Origin: a virus
Lineage: Duplodnaviria > Caudoviricetes
IMG/VR virus record: IMGVR_UViG_3300033109_000110
Coordinates: 1-38,356 of that record
Reading direction: 5' to 3' (one strand)
Length of the DNA: 38,356 nucleotides
The notes under the pieces were generated by a model that saw only the letters and a list, made by a program, of their open reading frames with translations, did no database searches and was not told where the DNA came from. The translations under genes were made by a program, and so were the position numbers. How positions within the stretch are numbered: position 1 is the stretch's first letter; the number at the start of each line of letters is the position of its first letter. Positions 17,743 through 26,828 of the stretch are shown here, piece by piece.

Positions 17743-19368
17743 TCAGTCCTTGGCCTGATCACCATCGGCGGGCGGTGTGTCGTCTCCACTACCACCCGCA
17801 TCGGGATCTGCCTTGCCGTCTTCTCCCTCCTGGCCGGGCGGGGCGCCACCCTGCCCTTTGCCGGTGTCGTCCACCTGGGCCGGATCGGTGTCGAACACCA
17901 GGTCAAGCTCGGACATGAGGTCCAGCTCCTGGCGGCGGCCCTTGAAGACGTCCTCGGCATCGGCGCCGCCGGCGGTCTGGCCGATCACGTCGGAGACGGT
18001 CATGAAGCCGGAGCGGACCGCCTGGCGGTAGGCGTTGACCTCCTTGGTCGGGTCGATCCAGTTCCAGCCGCGCGGCTTGAAGCGCACCCGCTCGTACTTG
18101 GCCGGGTTGGTGAAGTAGTCCGGCACGTTGATCTCGCCCGCAAGCACGGCCGCTGCCAGCCACTCGCGGTAGATCTCGGACAGCGCGTTGCGGATCAGCC
18201 AGCCCTGCAGCACGCGCCAGAGGTCACGGTCATCCAGCAGCGCGAGGCGTGAGCTGGAGTAGTTCGACTGCGAGTAGTCCCGCGAGAGGGACTCGTAGCT
18301 GGTGCCGATGCCGGCGGCCATCTCGCGCAGCATGAAGCGCATGAAGGGCTCCAGCGCGGCGTTGGGCCGGCTCGGATTGAAGCCGACGAAGTCTTCGCCG
18401 GGCATCAGCTGCTTGAAGGTGCCGGGCGCGGAGTCGATGACTCGCTCTTGCCACGCTACATCATCACCAGCAGCAGGCTCCGGTCCCTTGATGAAGCCCA
18501 CGATGTTGGCCGAGGCTCGCGCGGCGACGATCTCCGCCTCGCTGTAGCCCTTCATGTCGTTGAGCCGACGCAGCACGGCATGGAACCACGGCACGCCGCG
18601 CGTCTGTGGCCACCGCTCCACGATGTAGAGGTGCAGCATCTCTTCAGCCGGCACGCGGATGAACTTGCTGGCGACGAAGGTGCGGAACTGGTAGTCCCCT
18701 GGATGGGTGGGGTGCAGCCAGTACGCCACCGGGCGGCCCCAGGCGTCGATCTCCACGCCCATGCGGATGGCGTTGCCGTTGGGCGCCTGGGCAGTCTGCC
18801 ACTGGTCCATCAGGCGGTCGGCCTCGATGACCTCCAGCGAGAACGGGATGCGGCCATTGCCGAAGGGCTGCTTGACCTTGCGGATCAGCACCTCGCCGGC
18901 TTCGACCATCTGGCCAGCCACCAGGCGCAGGATCTCGGGCATGCCCAGCAGGCCGGCCGTGTGGCAGGTCTTGCGCTCGCACCAGCGCTCCCAGGCCTCT
19001 TCGATCAGGGTGTTGACCGGATCGATCAGCTTGCCCCGGGCGTTGACCACCTGCGCCTGCAGACCGATGCCGGTGCCGACCACGTTGTTCTGCACGATGC
19101 GCACCGCGTTGCGGGCGTGCGCGTTATCGCGCACCATCTCGCGTGAGCGTGCCCGCAGCAGCCGCAGACTGGTGAGGATCTCGGAGTCGGCCGAGGTGTT
19201 GAGGGCAGCCCAGTCGGACGTGAGCCGGTTGAACTGCGCGCCGGCGTACATGCGCTGCGCTTCTTGCTGGCGCGCCAGTGCCCGCTTCTGCTGTCGCTCG
19301 GCATTGAACTTGGCCAGCACCACGGAGCCCTTGGTGGGCGCGAGGTCGAGGTTTTGCCAGGTACTCAT
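17743..19368 (-). CDS. Portal protein, lambda gpB family
   Basis: LRARSR, NNVVGTG, QTRGVPW, DYSQSNYSSSR and WIDPTKE motifs. Confidence 0.94.
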   Translation of the reverse strand: MSTWQNLDLAPTKGSVVLAKFNAERQQKRALARQQEAQRMYAGAQFNRLTSDWAALNTSADSEILTSLRLLRARSREMVRDNAHARNAVRIVQNNVVGTGIGLQAQVVNARGKLIDPVNTLIEEAWERWCERKTCHTAGLLGMPEILRLVAGQMVEAGEVLIRKVKQPFGNGRIPFSLEVIEADRLMDQWQTAQAPNGNAIRMGVEIDAWGRPVAYWLHPTHPGDYQFRTFVASKFIRVPAEEMLHLYIVERWPQTRGVPWFHAVLRRLNDMKGYSEAEIVAARASANIVGFIKGPEPAAGDDVAWQERVIDSAPGTFKQLMPGEDFVGFNPSRPNAALEPFMRFMLREMAAGIGTSYESLSRDYSQSNYSSSRLALLDDRDLWRVLQGWLIRNALSEIYREWLAAAVLAGEINVPDYFTNPAKYERVRFKPRGWNWIDPTKEVNAYRQAVRSGFMTVSDVIGQTAGGADAEDVFKGRRQELDLMSELDLVFDTDPAQVDDTGKGQGGAPPGQEGEDGKADPDAGGSGDDTPPADGDQAKD

Positions 19369-19925
19369 TTGAATCGGACCATCAGGTTGCGGGGATTACC
19401 CAGGCCATTGGCAATGTCCCGAGCGGTACGCTCATTCAGCACCTTGGTGCGCCAGTAGCTGATCGCGGCGATCAGCTCGCCGGCGGTGTAGTAGGTGGCC
19501 TCCCGCGTGCCGATCTTGTAGGCCTTGACCTTCTTGCCGCTGCCAGCCAGGTCGGCCAGAGCGGCCTCTGCATCGGCCAGGGCCTTCTCTGCCGGGCTGC
19601 GCCCGTCGTATCCGGCGGCGGCTGTGGTCAGATCGGCCAGCACAGCCAGGCTGCCGCTGCCGATCGTGACGCGCTCGCCCGTCTTGCTGAGCTGCGCCGC
19701 CCAGGTGTAGCTGCCCGCCCCAAGCGTGGCGCTGTCGGTCGTGCTGAGCATCGTCTTCCAGCCGGTGCCGTCGGCCACGGCCGTCAGCGTCAGGATGGCC
19801 GGGCCGCGCAGCAGGTACTTGAGCGTGTAGGCCGAGGAGTCGAGCGTGTTGCCATGGCCATCCACGAACGGCTCGTCGCTCCAGCTGGCGGAGTCGCCAG
19901 CGGTGATTTGTTGCGGGATGTTCAT
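19365..19925 (-). CDS. Head completion/adaptor protein (gpW-like C-terminus with N-terminal extension)
   Basis: Between terminase and portal; C-terminal VKAYKIGTREATY..EL pattern; TAATG coupling to terL. Confidence 0.7.
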   Translation of the reverse strand: MNIPQQITAGDSASWSDEPFVDGHGNTLDSSAYTLKYLLRGPAILTLTAVADGTGWKTMLSTTDSATLGAGSYTWAAQLSKTGERVTIGSGSLAVLADLTTAAAGYDGRSPAEKALADAEAALADLAGSGKKVKAYKIGTREATYYTAGELIAAISYWRTKVLNERTARDIANGLGNPRNLMVRFK

Positions 19926-21997
19926 TACCACCTCGTTGCGTTGAAGCCGCCAGGTGCGGCGCTGCCAAAGCCGCCCTTCGACTGGGCTGCCTTGACTGCC
20001 GCCTGGGCGGCTGACTTGCTGGCCGGGCTGGCCTGGTCATCGACCGGCTCCAGCGGCGCCAGCGCCTCAGTCGGTCCACCCAGCAGATCTGCTTGGCGTA
20101 CCTTGCGCTCCTCGTCAACCCAGCGCTCTTCCTTCCAGAGGTTCAGCTTCAGGCTGCGGGCCGCGTGCAGCGCATAGACCTCGCAGTCCAGCGCCTCGTT
20201 GCGCACACCCGCCTTCTTCTGCCAGACCTTGCGGTTGCGGATCGTCCGGTGCGGCGCCTTGACCTCGGCGGTGATTTGCTCCCAGTAGTCCGGGCGCACC
20301 GCCTTGTACCAGTGCACCCGGCCAGGGCCGGTGCCGACCAGCTTGATCCGGCCCGCGCTGGAGTCCACGCCGAGCAGCAGGTCCTTGGCGCGCTGCGTGC
20401 CGACCATGAAGGGGCGCAGACCGTACTTGTGCGCCTTCTGCTGCCGGTTGGTATCCACGGCAACCTTGGGCGGGCTGAAGATCTCGCGCCCGTCATCCAT
20501 GGACGCGCCCTTCACGGCCATGTAACCCCGGCCCATGCGGCGGCGTACAAACGTATAGACGGCATCCGATGTCTGGCCGTCCGAAGAGTCAACGCTGACC
20601 GCGCGGATGCGCAAGGTCGCGCCACTGGCGTGCGTGAAGGCGCGCGACAGCAGTGCATCGAGGTCGATCCAGGCGCCCTGCTCTGCCACCATCGTCTGTC
20701 CCGGGATCTCGCCCCAGTACAGCAGCCAGGACTCCTCGCCCCGACCCCAGGCGCGAATGATCACGGCCAGGCGGTCATGCTGGACGTCCACGCCGGCGGT
20801 GAGGACCAGGCCACCCCATGGGATGGTCATCTCCTCATAATCGTCGGCCCGGTCGCGCAGCGTCTCGACATCAGGCAGGTCGCTGGTGTACGCATAGGCC
20901 AGGCCCTGCGTGTTGTTCACGAAGGACCGCAGCTTGGTGTCATCGCCCTGCTCCAGGGCGTGCTGCGCCGTCAGCCACTTCTCGACCAGGCGCTGCAGCA
21001 CCGACCCCGGGAACGGGCTGTACAGCTCGTTGATGTAGAAGCCGGCCACGCCATAGAACGGCGCCGTGGCGCGCCACTCGCCTCGACGCACGTTGCGGTT
21101 TTTCTCCGCGTCGTTCCACAGCCCGCCACAGTGCGGGCAGACGTAGTAGGCCGACTCCGGCCGGGCGTGGCCGAAGACCTCATGGTTGAACTCCGGGTCC
21201 TCGGCCCAGCGGACGTTCTCCCAGGACAGCACATGCGTGTCGCCACAGTGGTGGCACGGCACGAAGAACTTGCGCTGATCGCTGCCCTTGTAGCTGGCCT
21301 CGACACGCGACAGGCCCTCGATCGTCGGCGTGCCGCCGAAGATCACCTTGCGGCGCGGATAGGACTTGGTCCGCTCCTCGAGCAGGGTGATGGTATCGCC
21401 CTGGTCGTTGACGTTCTCGTTGCAATCGTCCGGTTCCTCGACGGCCACCACCGGCGCCGGCGTGGACTTCACCGAGCTCGGGCTGTTGGAGCCGACGAAC
21501 TTGAGGAAGCCGCCAGGAAAGCCCTTGAACTGCCAGCGGTTGTCACGGTCGCGCTTCTTGTGCACCGGGATCTTGCTGGCCAGCCGCGGCGTGGCCTCGA
21601 CCATGGGCCCGAACTTCTCGTCGTTGAACTCCTTGGCCGCGCCGTCCTTGGCGAACATCACGATCATCGGGCAGGGATCGATGTCGATCCGGCGGCCGAT
21701 GTAGTTGAGCAGCACCCCGTCCGTCCATGCCACCTGGGCCGACTTCTGGGCTACCACCTTGGTGACGGTCGGATCATCCAGCGCGTCGTGGATGCCCGGC
21801 ACCCACGGCGTGAGGTCCGGGTTATACCGGCCCGGCCGGGCTGACGCCTTGGCCGACATGCCCCGGTAGCTGCGCGCCCACTGCGTCGTGGGCAGGCGCT
21901 CCGGCGGCACCAGCTGAGACACCAGGCGGCGCACCAGCGCCCTGTTCGCCTGCGTCGTATCGAGCGAGCTGTGCCAATGCGGCGAAAGTGTGTTCAT
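19925..21997 (-). CDS. terL: Terminase large subunit, lambda GpA family (start uncertain)
   Basis: KSAQVAWT Walker A variant, VAVEEPD Walker B, GTPT motif, CxxC pairs, AGVDVQ nuclease motif, RNEALDC. Confidence 0.95.
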   Translation of the reverse strand: MNTLSPHWHSSLDTTQANRALVRRLVSQLVPPERLPTTQWARSYRGMSAKASARPGRYNPDLTPWVPGIHDALDDPTVTKVVAQKSAQVAWTDGVLLNYIGRRIDIDPCPMIVMFAKDGAAKEFNDEKFGPMVEATPRLASKIPVHKKRDRDNRWQFKGFPGGFLKFVGSNSPSSVKSTPAPVVAVEEPDDCNENVNDQGDTITLLEERTKSYPRRKVIFGGTPTIEGLSRVEASYKGSDQRKFFVPCHHCGDTHVLSWENVRWAEDPEFNHEVFGHARPESAYYVCPHCGGLWNDAEKNRNVRRGEWRATAPFYGVAGFYINELYSPFPGSVLQRLVEKWLTAQHALEQGDDTKLRSFVNNTQGLAYAYTSDLPDVETLRDRADDYEEMTIPWGGLVLTAGVDVQHDRLAVIIRAWGRGEESWLLYWGEIPGQTMVAEQGAWIDLDALLSRAFTHASGATLRIRAVSVDSSDGQTSDAVYTFVRRRMGRGYMAVKGASMDDGREIFSPPKVAVDTNRQQKAHKYGLRPFMVGTQRAKDLLLGVDSSAGRIKLVGTGPGRVHWYKAVRPDYWEQITAEVKAPHRTIRNRKVWQKKAGVRNEALDCEVYALHAARSLKLNLWKEERWVDEERKVRQADLLGGPTEALAPLEPVDDQASPASKSAAQAAVKAAQSKGGFGSAAPGGFNATRW

Positions 21998-22391
21998 TGA
22001 GTAGGGTCAGATCGACCTCGATGCCATACAGCGCATCGAGCTCACTCTTGAGCTTGTCGTCACGCGACAGCAACTCCGACCGGAACGCGCCGACCATCAT
22101 GGCCAGCTCCTGCTCCAGCTGGGTGACGTTCACCAGCAGGCCGCGCTTCTCGGCGACGGTCAGCATCTTCAGTTCACGATCCACGCGCTCGGTCAATACG
22201 CGTTCGTGGGTCAGGTCGGTACCGTCGGACGTCTTGTGTCCGGCGGCCACTCCACGCAGGTGCCGGAGGTAGGCCACGCGGATCTGGTCCAGCGGAGTCG
22301 TCTTCCAGTTGATCTGGAGCTTTTCCATCAGCTCGACCACGGCCGGCTGGCTCAGATCGAGGTGATCGGCAATCTGCTTCTGTGTTGGCAT
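21822..22391 (-). CDS. terS: Terminase small subunit (Nu1-like)
   Basis: N-terminal HTH TQKQIADHLDLSQPAV; YLRHLR..AAG and coiled coil; upstream of terL. Confidence 0.85.
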   Translation of the reverse strand: MPTQKQIADHLDLSQPAVVELMEKLQINWKTTPLDQIRVAYLRHLRGVAAGHKTSDGTDLTHERVLTERVDRELKMLTVAEKRGLLVNVTQLEQELAMMVGAFRSELLSRDDKLKSELDALYGIEVDLTLLNEHTFAALAQLARYDAGEQGAGAPPGVSAGAAGAPAHDAVGAQLPGHVGQGVSPAGPV

Positions 22392-22444
22392 GGTCAGGAA
22401 GGGGCAGGAATATAACCCCCTTAGCTCCCCCGTAACTAGAGAGA

Positions 22445-22489
22445 AATCGCGTCGTTTCGCGCCGCAGCGCTAGGGGCCAGGAAGGACCC
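22445..22489 (-). other. Candidate cos packaging site (cosQ and cosN)
   Basis: Minus strand GGGTCCT (identical to lambda cosQ) at 22489-22483, followed about 17 nt later by GCGGCGCGAAACGACGCG, just upstream of terS. Confidence 0.6.
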
Positions 22490-22490
22490 G

Positions 22491-23114
22491 TTACCCTTTG
22501 GCGAGGTACATGGCTACAGCTCGCTGCAGCTCTACTGGGAAGTCGGCCTTGATCTTCTTGACCACGGCGGCATTGATGCGTCTGGTGTTGAACATCGACG
22601 GGATGTCAACGGTCTCGACCGCCCTGATCTTGCGTCCGTCACCCGTACGCTCGAAGACAGTCCGGCCCTTGTTCGCAATGAATGCGCCCGGGATCAACTT
22701 ACGTGGCCCGTTCTTCTTGATCTTGACTGAGACGCCACCGCCCACAGGGACGGTGACCATGGCCCACTGACCATTCTTCAGCTGGACAGCCACCTGCTTC
22801 TTGCCCTTACCCGGTGCCGGCCTCGCGTCAAACATCATGACGTTGCGCGATCGCTGGCCACGTCTGCGGGGGAATGCCGACAAGATAGCCACCTGGCTGC
22901 TGCCACCACGCACACGCTGTACCTTGAGCTGGGCTCGGACGTCCCGGCCCTTGATGTTGAACTCGGCCGTGATCTGGCGATTCATCTCAGCGCGGGCCTT
23001 GTCCGCTGTCTTGTTGAGGGCGGCATTGACCGCCTTGGCCTGCAGGTCCGTCTTGAGTTTGGCCAGGCTGGCAGCTGTCTCGCGGATGTTGTGTCGCACA
23101 TCAATCTTGATCAC
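22491..23114 (-). CDS. Lambda gpZ-like minor tail/neck protein
   Basis: GTG 23114 with GGAG RBS; AVNAALNKTA, GAFIA..VFER and IPSMF motifs; very basic. Confidence 0.72.
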   Translation of the reverse strand: MIKIDVRHNIRETAASLAKLKTDLQAKAVNAALNKTADKARAEMNRQITAEFNIKGRDVRAQLKVQRVRGGSSQVAILSAFPRRRGQRSRNVMMFDARPAPGKGKKQVAVQLKNGQWAMVTVPVGGGVSVKIKKNGPRKLIPGAFIANKGRTVFERTGDGRKIRAVETVDIPSMFNTRRINAAVVKKIKADFPVELQRAVAMYLAKG

Positions 23115-23123
23115 GCGCCACTC

Positions 23124-23160
23124 CAAAAAGAAAACCCCGACAAACACATGCTTGCCGGGG
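23124..23160 (-). terminator. tR'-like terminator at head of late operon
   Basis: CCCCGGCAAGCA-TG-TGTTTGTCGGGG stem followed by TTTTCTTTTT, shortly downstream of the Q-like gene. Confidence 0.75.
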
Positions 23161-23224
23161 TGGAGTGCTCTTGTGCGGGTCGAGTCGCAGTTCGTGCACT
23201 TTGCAGGAAATGTAGCAAACATGT

Positions 23225-23644
23225 CTAAGGAGTAAAACCCCCCTTACGGTCCAGTGCAGGCGTCTGCACGCGCGCCCGGCGCTTGGCCTCCTGGTGCTCA
23301 TGGAACCACCTGGCCAGCGCGGCATCAGCCTGCCCCAGCTGGTCGTGGATCGTGGAGACCGCCCGGCGCATCTGCCTGGCGACGTCCGATATCGGCGTGT
23401 TCTTCAGGTACACCAGGCGCAAGGTCTCATAGAGATGCCCCTTGCCCAGCTTGAGCGACTCCACCGCCTGGTGGGTCAGTTCCGCTTCAAGCTCCAGCAC
23501 AGGCATCACCGCCTCGCGTGTACCACCCGAGGGGATCGACAGCAGCACCGAGCTGCTGCAGTAGCCCAAGCCGCCGGACGACATGCGGTCATGCCAGAGC
23601 GCCCAGTTGTCCAACCTTTGTTTCACCCAGTCAATACGCGCCAC
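23225..23644 (-). CDS. Late-gene antiterminator Q-like protein
   Basis: RLDNWALW..GY motif and C-terminal HTH (ISDVARQMRRAVSTIHDQL); directly upstream of late operon and terminator; GTG start with GGAGG. Confidence 0.78.
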   Translation of the reverse strand: MARIDWVKQRLDNWALWHDRMSSGGLGYCSSSVLLSIPSGGTREAVMPVLELEAELTHQAVESLKLGKGHLYETLRLVYLKNTPISDVARQMRRAVSTIHDQLGQADAALARWFHEHQEAKRRARVQTPALDRKGGFTP

Positions 23645-23978
23645 GCCGAGCCTCCCGATGCCGTTGTGCAAATTCCTTCATGCGATCGGCCGGCACCCCT
23701 ATGCAGAAGCCACCCTCGGTGGAGTCGATCCATCCATGGCCGCGCCGATACACCTCCTGCACGGCCTGGTAGTCGTCGCGGTCATAGGCCCGGCGCAGAT
23801 CCACGCTGGCCCGCACCATCCGATCGACGTGATCCCGACCAAGTTGGCCGGCCAGATGCTGCAACCACTCCGCCAGCACCGGCATCTGCTCCTTGATGCT
23901 CCTGGGCAGTGGTGGCAGCCCGTCCGCCCCGTCCACCATCCGGACGTCGTGCTGGACGTCGCAAGCTGTTGTTTCCAT
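23631..23978 (-). CDS. Hypothetical protein (115 aa)
   Basis: ATG 23978 with AAGGAG upstream; IKEQMP..A.W..LGRDHVD..EGG..IG.P pattern; overlaps Q start. Confidence 0.65.
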   Translation of the reverse strand: METTACDVQHDVRMVDGADGLPPLPRSIKEQMPVLAEWLQHLAGQLGRDHVDRMVRASVDLRRAYDRDDYQAVQEVYRRGHGWIDSTEGGFCIGVPADRMKEFAQRHREARRGAY

Positions 23979-24184
23979 TGCTCTTTTCTCCTTCCGTCCA
24001 GAAGTCCATGGGAATACCTCACGCGCACACGCGCACGCACCCACACGCGCCCGCCCGCCTGCGCCTACGTGCACACGCATGCACGCGGCATCGTGGACGT
24101 GGTGGACGGATTGCCCGAAGCCTTGAAAAATCAACGACTTGCGCCGTCCAGCATTCACGTCCAGCACTTCCTATTTGCTGGACG
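23931..24184. repeat. Candidate replication origin: CGTCCAGCA iterons, IHF site and alternating purine-pyrimidine tract
   Basis: CGTCCAGCA at 24145 and 24158, inverted copies at 23950 and 24176, further GTCCA/TGGAC cores; AATCAACGACTTG at 24129-24141 fits the IHF consensus; directly downstream of primase-helicase. Confidence 0.6.
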
Positions 24185-24281
24185 GATCGCTGTGCTGGGC
24201 TGGCCAGACATGCGCACGGGCAGGCCCACAGTTGCCCCATCGGCAACGCGGTTCCCATAACTGCCCTGTGCATGCGCCTGG

Positions 24282-26816
24282 TTAATCCCATGACGGCACC
24301 TCGTCAGATTCGCCGGCTAGCGGCGTCGGTGGTGGTGTGGTGGCGGCAACGGCCTTCTGCTGCTGCCGCAGGTAACCTCGGGGCCGCACGCGGCCTTTTT
24401 CCCATCGGTGGGCCTCGAAGCCCAGGAGCTTCATGGCGTTGCCCACGCTGCGCTGCATGGTGCCGGCGCGGTCGATCTTGCCGACGTCGATATGCAAGGC
24501 CTTGACCAGGAGCTCCTGGGTGCTGAAGAAGCTGCGCTCGTGGTTCTTCAACAGGCCGCCCGTGTCGGACAGATTGCCGTCGTAGCCCTCGACCAGCTCA
24601 TCGCTGTTGACATACCGCCCGAGAGCGTCGTGCCAGACGTCAACGAACTTCCACTTGTCCTGCTCCGGCTTGAAGAGGCGATCCTCTTCCTCCTTGGTCG
24701 GGTAACGCCGCTCACCCTGCTTGTACAGATGCACGGCCTCGGCCATGATCTGGTCCCGCCACTCGCGCATCTTCTCGACGTCGATCTCCGAGCAGTGCAC
24801 CACCCAGAAGCGCCGGTCACCTGTCGCATCGCGCAGGAACTCGCTCTGGTTCGTGTCACCCGTCAAGACGCAGGTACGCGGGAAGGGCTGGAAGTCCTTG
24901 CCATAGGGCGGCCGGAAACGATCTGTGCGCTCGGTGATGAAGCCCTTGATGGCCGTGCTCTCGGCCCGGTTCAGGGCGTCGAGCTCATTGAAGTTGAACA
25001 GCAGCCGCCCCTGCAGCGCCTGGAGCGAATCCTTGTCGCCGACGCGGAACGAGCCGGCGCCGTAGTAGTCCCCCGCCAGCAGCTGCAGCACTGTGCTCTT
25101 GCGCGCCCCCTGGCTTCCCTGCAGCACCAGCATGTAGTCCATCTGGCACCCCGGCTCGTACACCCGAGCCACCATGCTCATCAAGAACCACCGGCTCACG
25201 CACGCCGTGTATTCGGTATCAGGCGCGCCGAGGCAGTCAACCATCCAGTGGCGTAGCCGCTCGACGCCGTCCCAGACCAGCACCTCGAAGCCATCCTTGA
25301 CCGGGTTGTAGCGGGCATCGTGCGCGGCCATCATGACGGCCTGCTCGATCGTGACCGGGTTGCCCACGATCAGGTTGTGCTCGGACGCCAGGTAGTTGGC
25401 CAGGCGCAGGTCATCCATCGGACGCCACTGCCCATACTCAGCGCCCGGCTGGCTCCAGGGCGCGGGCCGGAGACGGTCGATCTGCTGGGAGAAATCGTTG
25501 TATCGCACCAGCTCGCGCAGGGCCGGGTCCTCGGTCAGCGCGAAATACACGTTCTCGCGGATGCCCTTGGGCTCCCACTTGTCCGTCAGGTACGGGAAGC
25601 GTAGGCGACGGGGACCATCACCCTCACCCGGCCCGCCACTTGAGCCACCCCCGCCGGGAGGCTGGGCGTTTTTGCGCGTTACCTTTTCCTGTGGCGGCGC
25701 GGTGAGCTGCTCACGGACCACCTGCAGGCCCTCGGTGACGTGCAGATCGTTCCAATCCGTGCCAGCGGTTGCTCGGTCGGCAAAGCGCGGCAGGATGACC
25801 CTTGCCGTATGCCGCTTGGCCGCGGCGAAGGCCTTGGCCCTGCCGGCGTTCTCGATCTTGAGCATCTGCGTGACGCCGTCCGCCTGGATGGAGCCCTCGA
25901 TGTGGAACACCTCGGCCCGGTCCTTGACCCAGCGCGCCTTAAGCTCCACTAGCCGGCCATCGGGCAGCTCCCAGCGCATGTCACGCAGCCCGCCCGCACT
26001 CTTCGCAAAATCAGCAGGCTTCGCGCCCACCCCGGCCCGCTCCAGGCGTTCGCACAGCCTGGTCACCAGGTGGCGGTCATCATCGGCCGCGATCACGAAC
26101 TCATGGTCCGGGTACAGCCTGCGCCAGGCAGCCACCACCGGCATCAAGTTGCCAGCGTCGAAACACACGACCACCGGCCAGCCCGTGGCCATGTGAGCCG
26201 ATGCGGCCGTGGCGTATCCCTCGGCAAAGCCGATCGGCAGGCCCTCGGCTACCTCGCCGATCAAATGGAAGTGGCCTTCCTTGACCGTACCGGTCCCGAA
26301 GACCTTGCCGCCATCCTTGCTTATCCATTGCAGGCCGTGCAGCTTGCCCGCCACATCGAACAGCGGCACCACCACCGAGCCAAAGGCAAAGCGCACCCCG
26401 TAGGCCCCGACCTGCTTGCGCTGCAGGTAGTCACTGGCCCCCTCGGGCCGCGCCCTCGCCCACAGCTTGTCAGCCTTCTCAGCTGCTGCGTCTGCCTGCT
26501 GCCTGCGGTCCTCCTCCGCCTCTTTCTCCAGCGCCTTGCGCCGCTCCAGCCAGGCTGTCTTTTCGGCTGGGGACCACTCCACCTGAGTGGGCTCCACGGC
26601 CCAGTGCTCATCGCGGATGCCGTAGCGCCCCACCACGTAAGTGCGGTTGCTCTTCGGGCTGGTCCACTCATGCAGAACGCACCAAGCGTTCTTTTTCTTG
26701 GGCTTGCGGGGATCGCCCGCCCACGTGTATTTCTTCCCATCGGCGGCCAGATTCGGAGGCGGTTCAATACCACGCTCCGTCATCTGCGCGATGACGTCAT
26801 CAACTGTCAGCGCCAT
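24282..26816 (-). CDS. Primase-helicase: TraC-like Toprim primase fused to VapE-family P-loop helicase
   Basis: AEGYATAAS, FDAGNL, AADDD and TDWNDL Toprim motifs; Walker A GSQGARKST; FRPPYG and FLRDATGDRRFW VapE motifs. Confidence 0.92.
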   Translation of the reverse strand: MALTVDDVIAQMTERGIEPPPNLAADGKKYTWAGDPRKPKKKNAWCVLHEWTSPKSNRTYVVGRYGIRDEHWAVEPTQVEWSPAEKTAWLERRKALEKEAEEDRRQQADAAAEKADKLWARARPEGASDYLQRKQVGAYGVRFAFGSVVVPLFDVAGKLHGLQWISKDGGKVFGTGTVKEGHFHLIGEVAEGLPIGFAEGYATAASAHMATGWPVVVCFDAGNLMPVVAAWRRLYPDHEFVIAADDDRHLVTRLCERLERAGVGAKPADFAKSAGGLRDMRWELPDGRLVELKARWVKDRAEVFHIEGSIQADGVTQMLKIENAGRAKAFAAAKRHTARVILPRFADRATAGTDWNDLHVTEGLQVVREQLTAPPQEKVTRKNAQPPGGGGSSGGPGEGDGPRRLRFPYLTDKWEPKGIRENVYFALTEDPALRELVRYNDFSQQIDRLRPAPWSQPGAEYGQWRPMDDLRLANYLASEHNLIVGNPVTIEQAVMMAAHDARYNPVKDGFEVLVWDGVERLRHWMVDCLGAPDTEYTACVSRWFLMSMVARVYEPGCQMDYMLVLQGSQGARKSTVLQLLAGDYYGAGSFRVGDKDSLQALQGRLLFNFNELDALNRAESTAIKGFITERTDRFRPPYGKDFQPFPRTCVLTGDTNQSEFLRDATGDRRFWVVHCSEIDVEKMREWRDQIMAEAVHLYKQGERRYPTKEEEDRLFKPEQDKWKFVDVWHDALGRYVNSDELVEGYDGNLSDTGGLLKNHERSFFSTQELLVKALHIDVGKIDRAGTMQRSVGNAMKLLGFEAHRWEKGRVRPRGYLRQQQKAVAATTPPPTPLAGESDEVPSWD

Positions 26817-26828
26817 CGGTGTGCTACC

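Noticed and set aside
17676-17960. N-terminal extension of protease-capsid given in the ORF track
   Set aside because: Overlaps the portal 3' end and a terminator; ATG 17675 has an RBS
10004-21844. Very long + strand ORFs (10004-11854, 11969-14410, 15741-17918, 20093-21844)
   Set aside because: Antisense shadows of conserved GC3-rich structural genes; no RBS, coupling or recognisable motifs
23931-24184. CRISPR-like mini-array
   Set aside because: Repeats are only 5-9 bp, irregularly spaced and in both orientations; no cas genes
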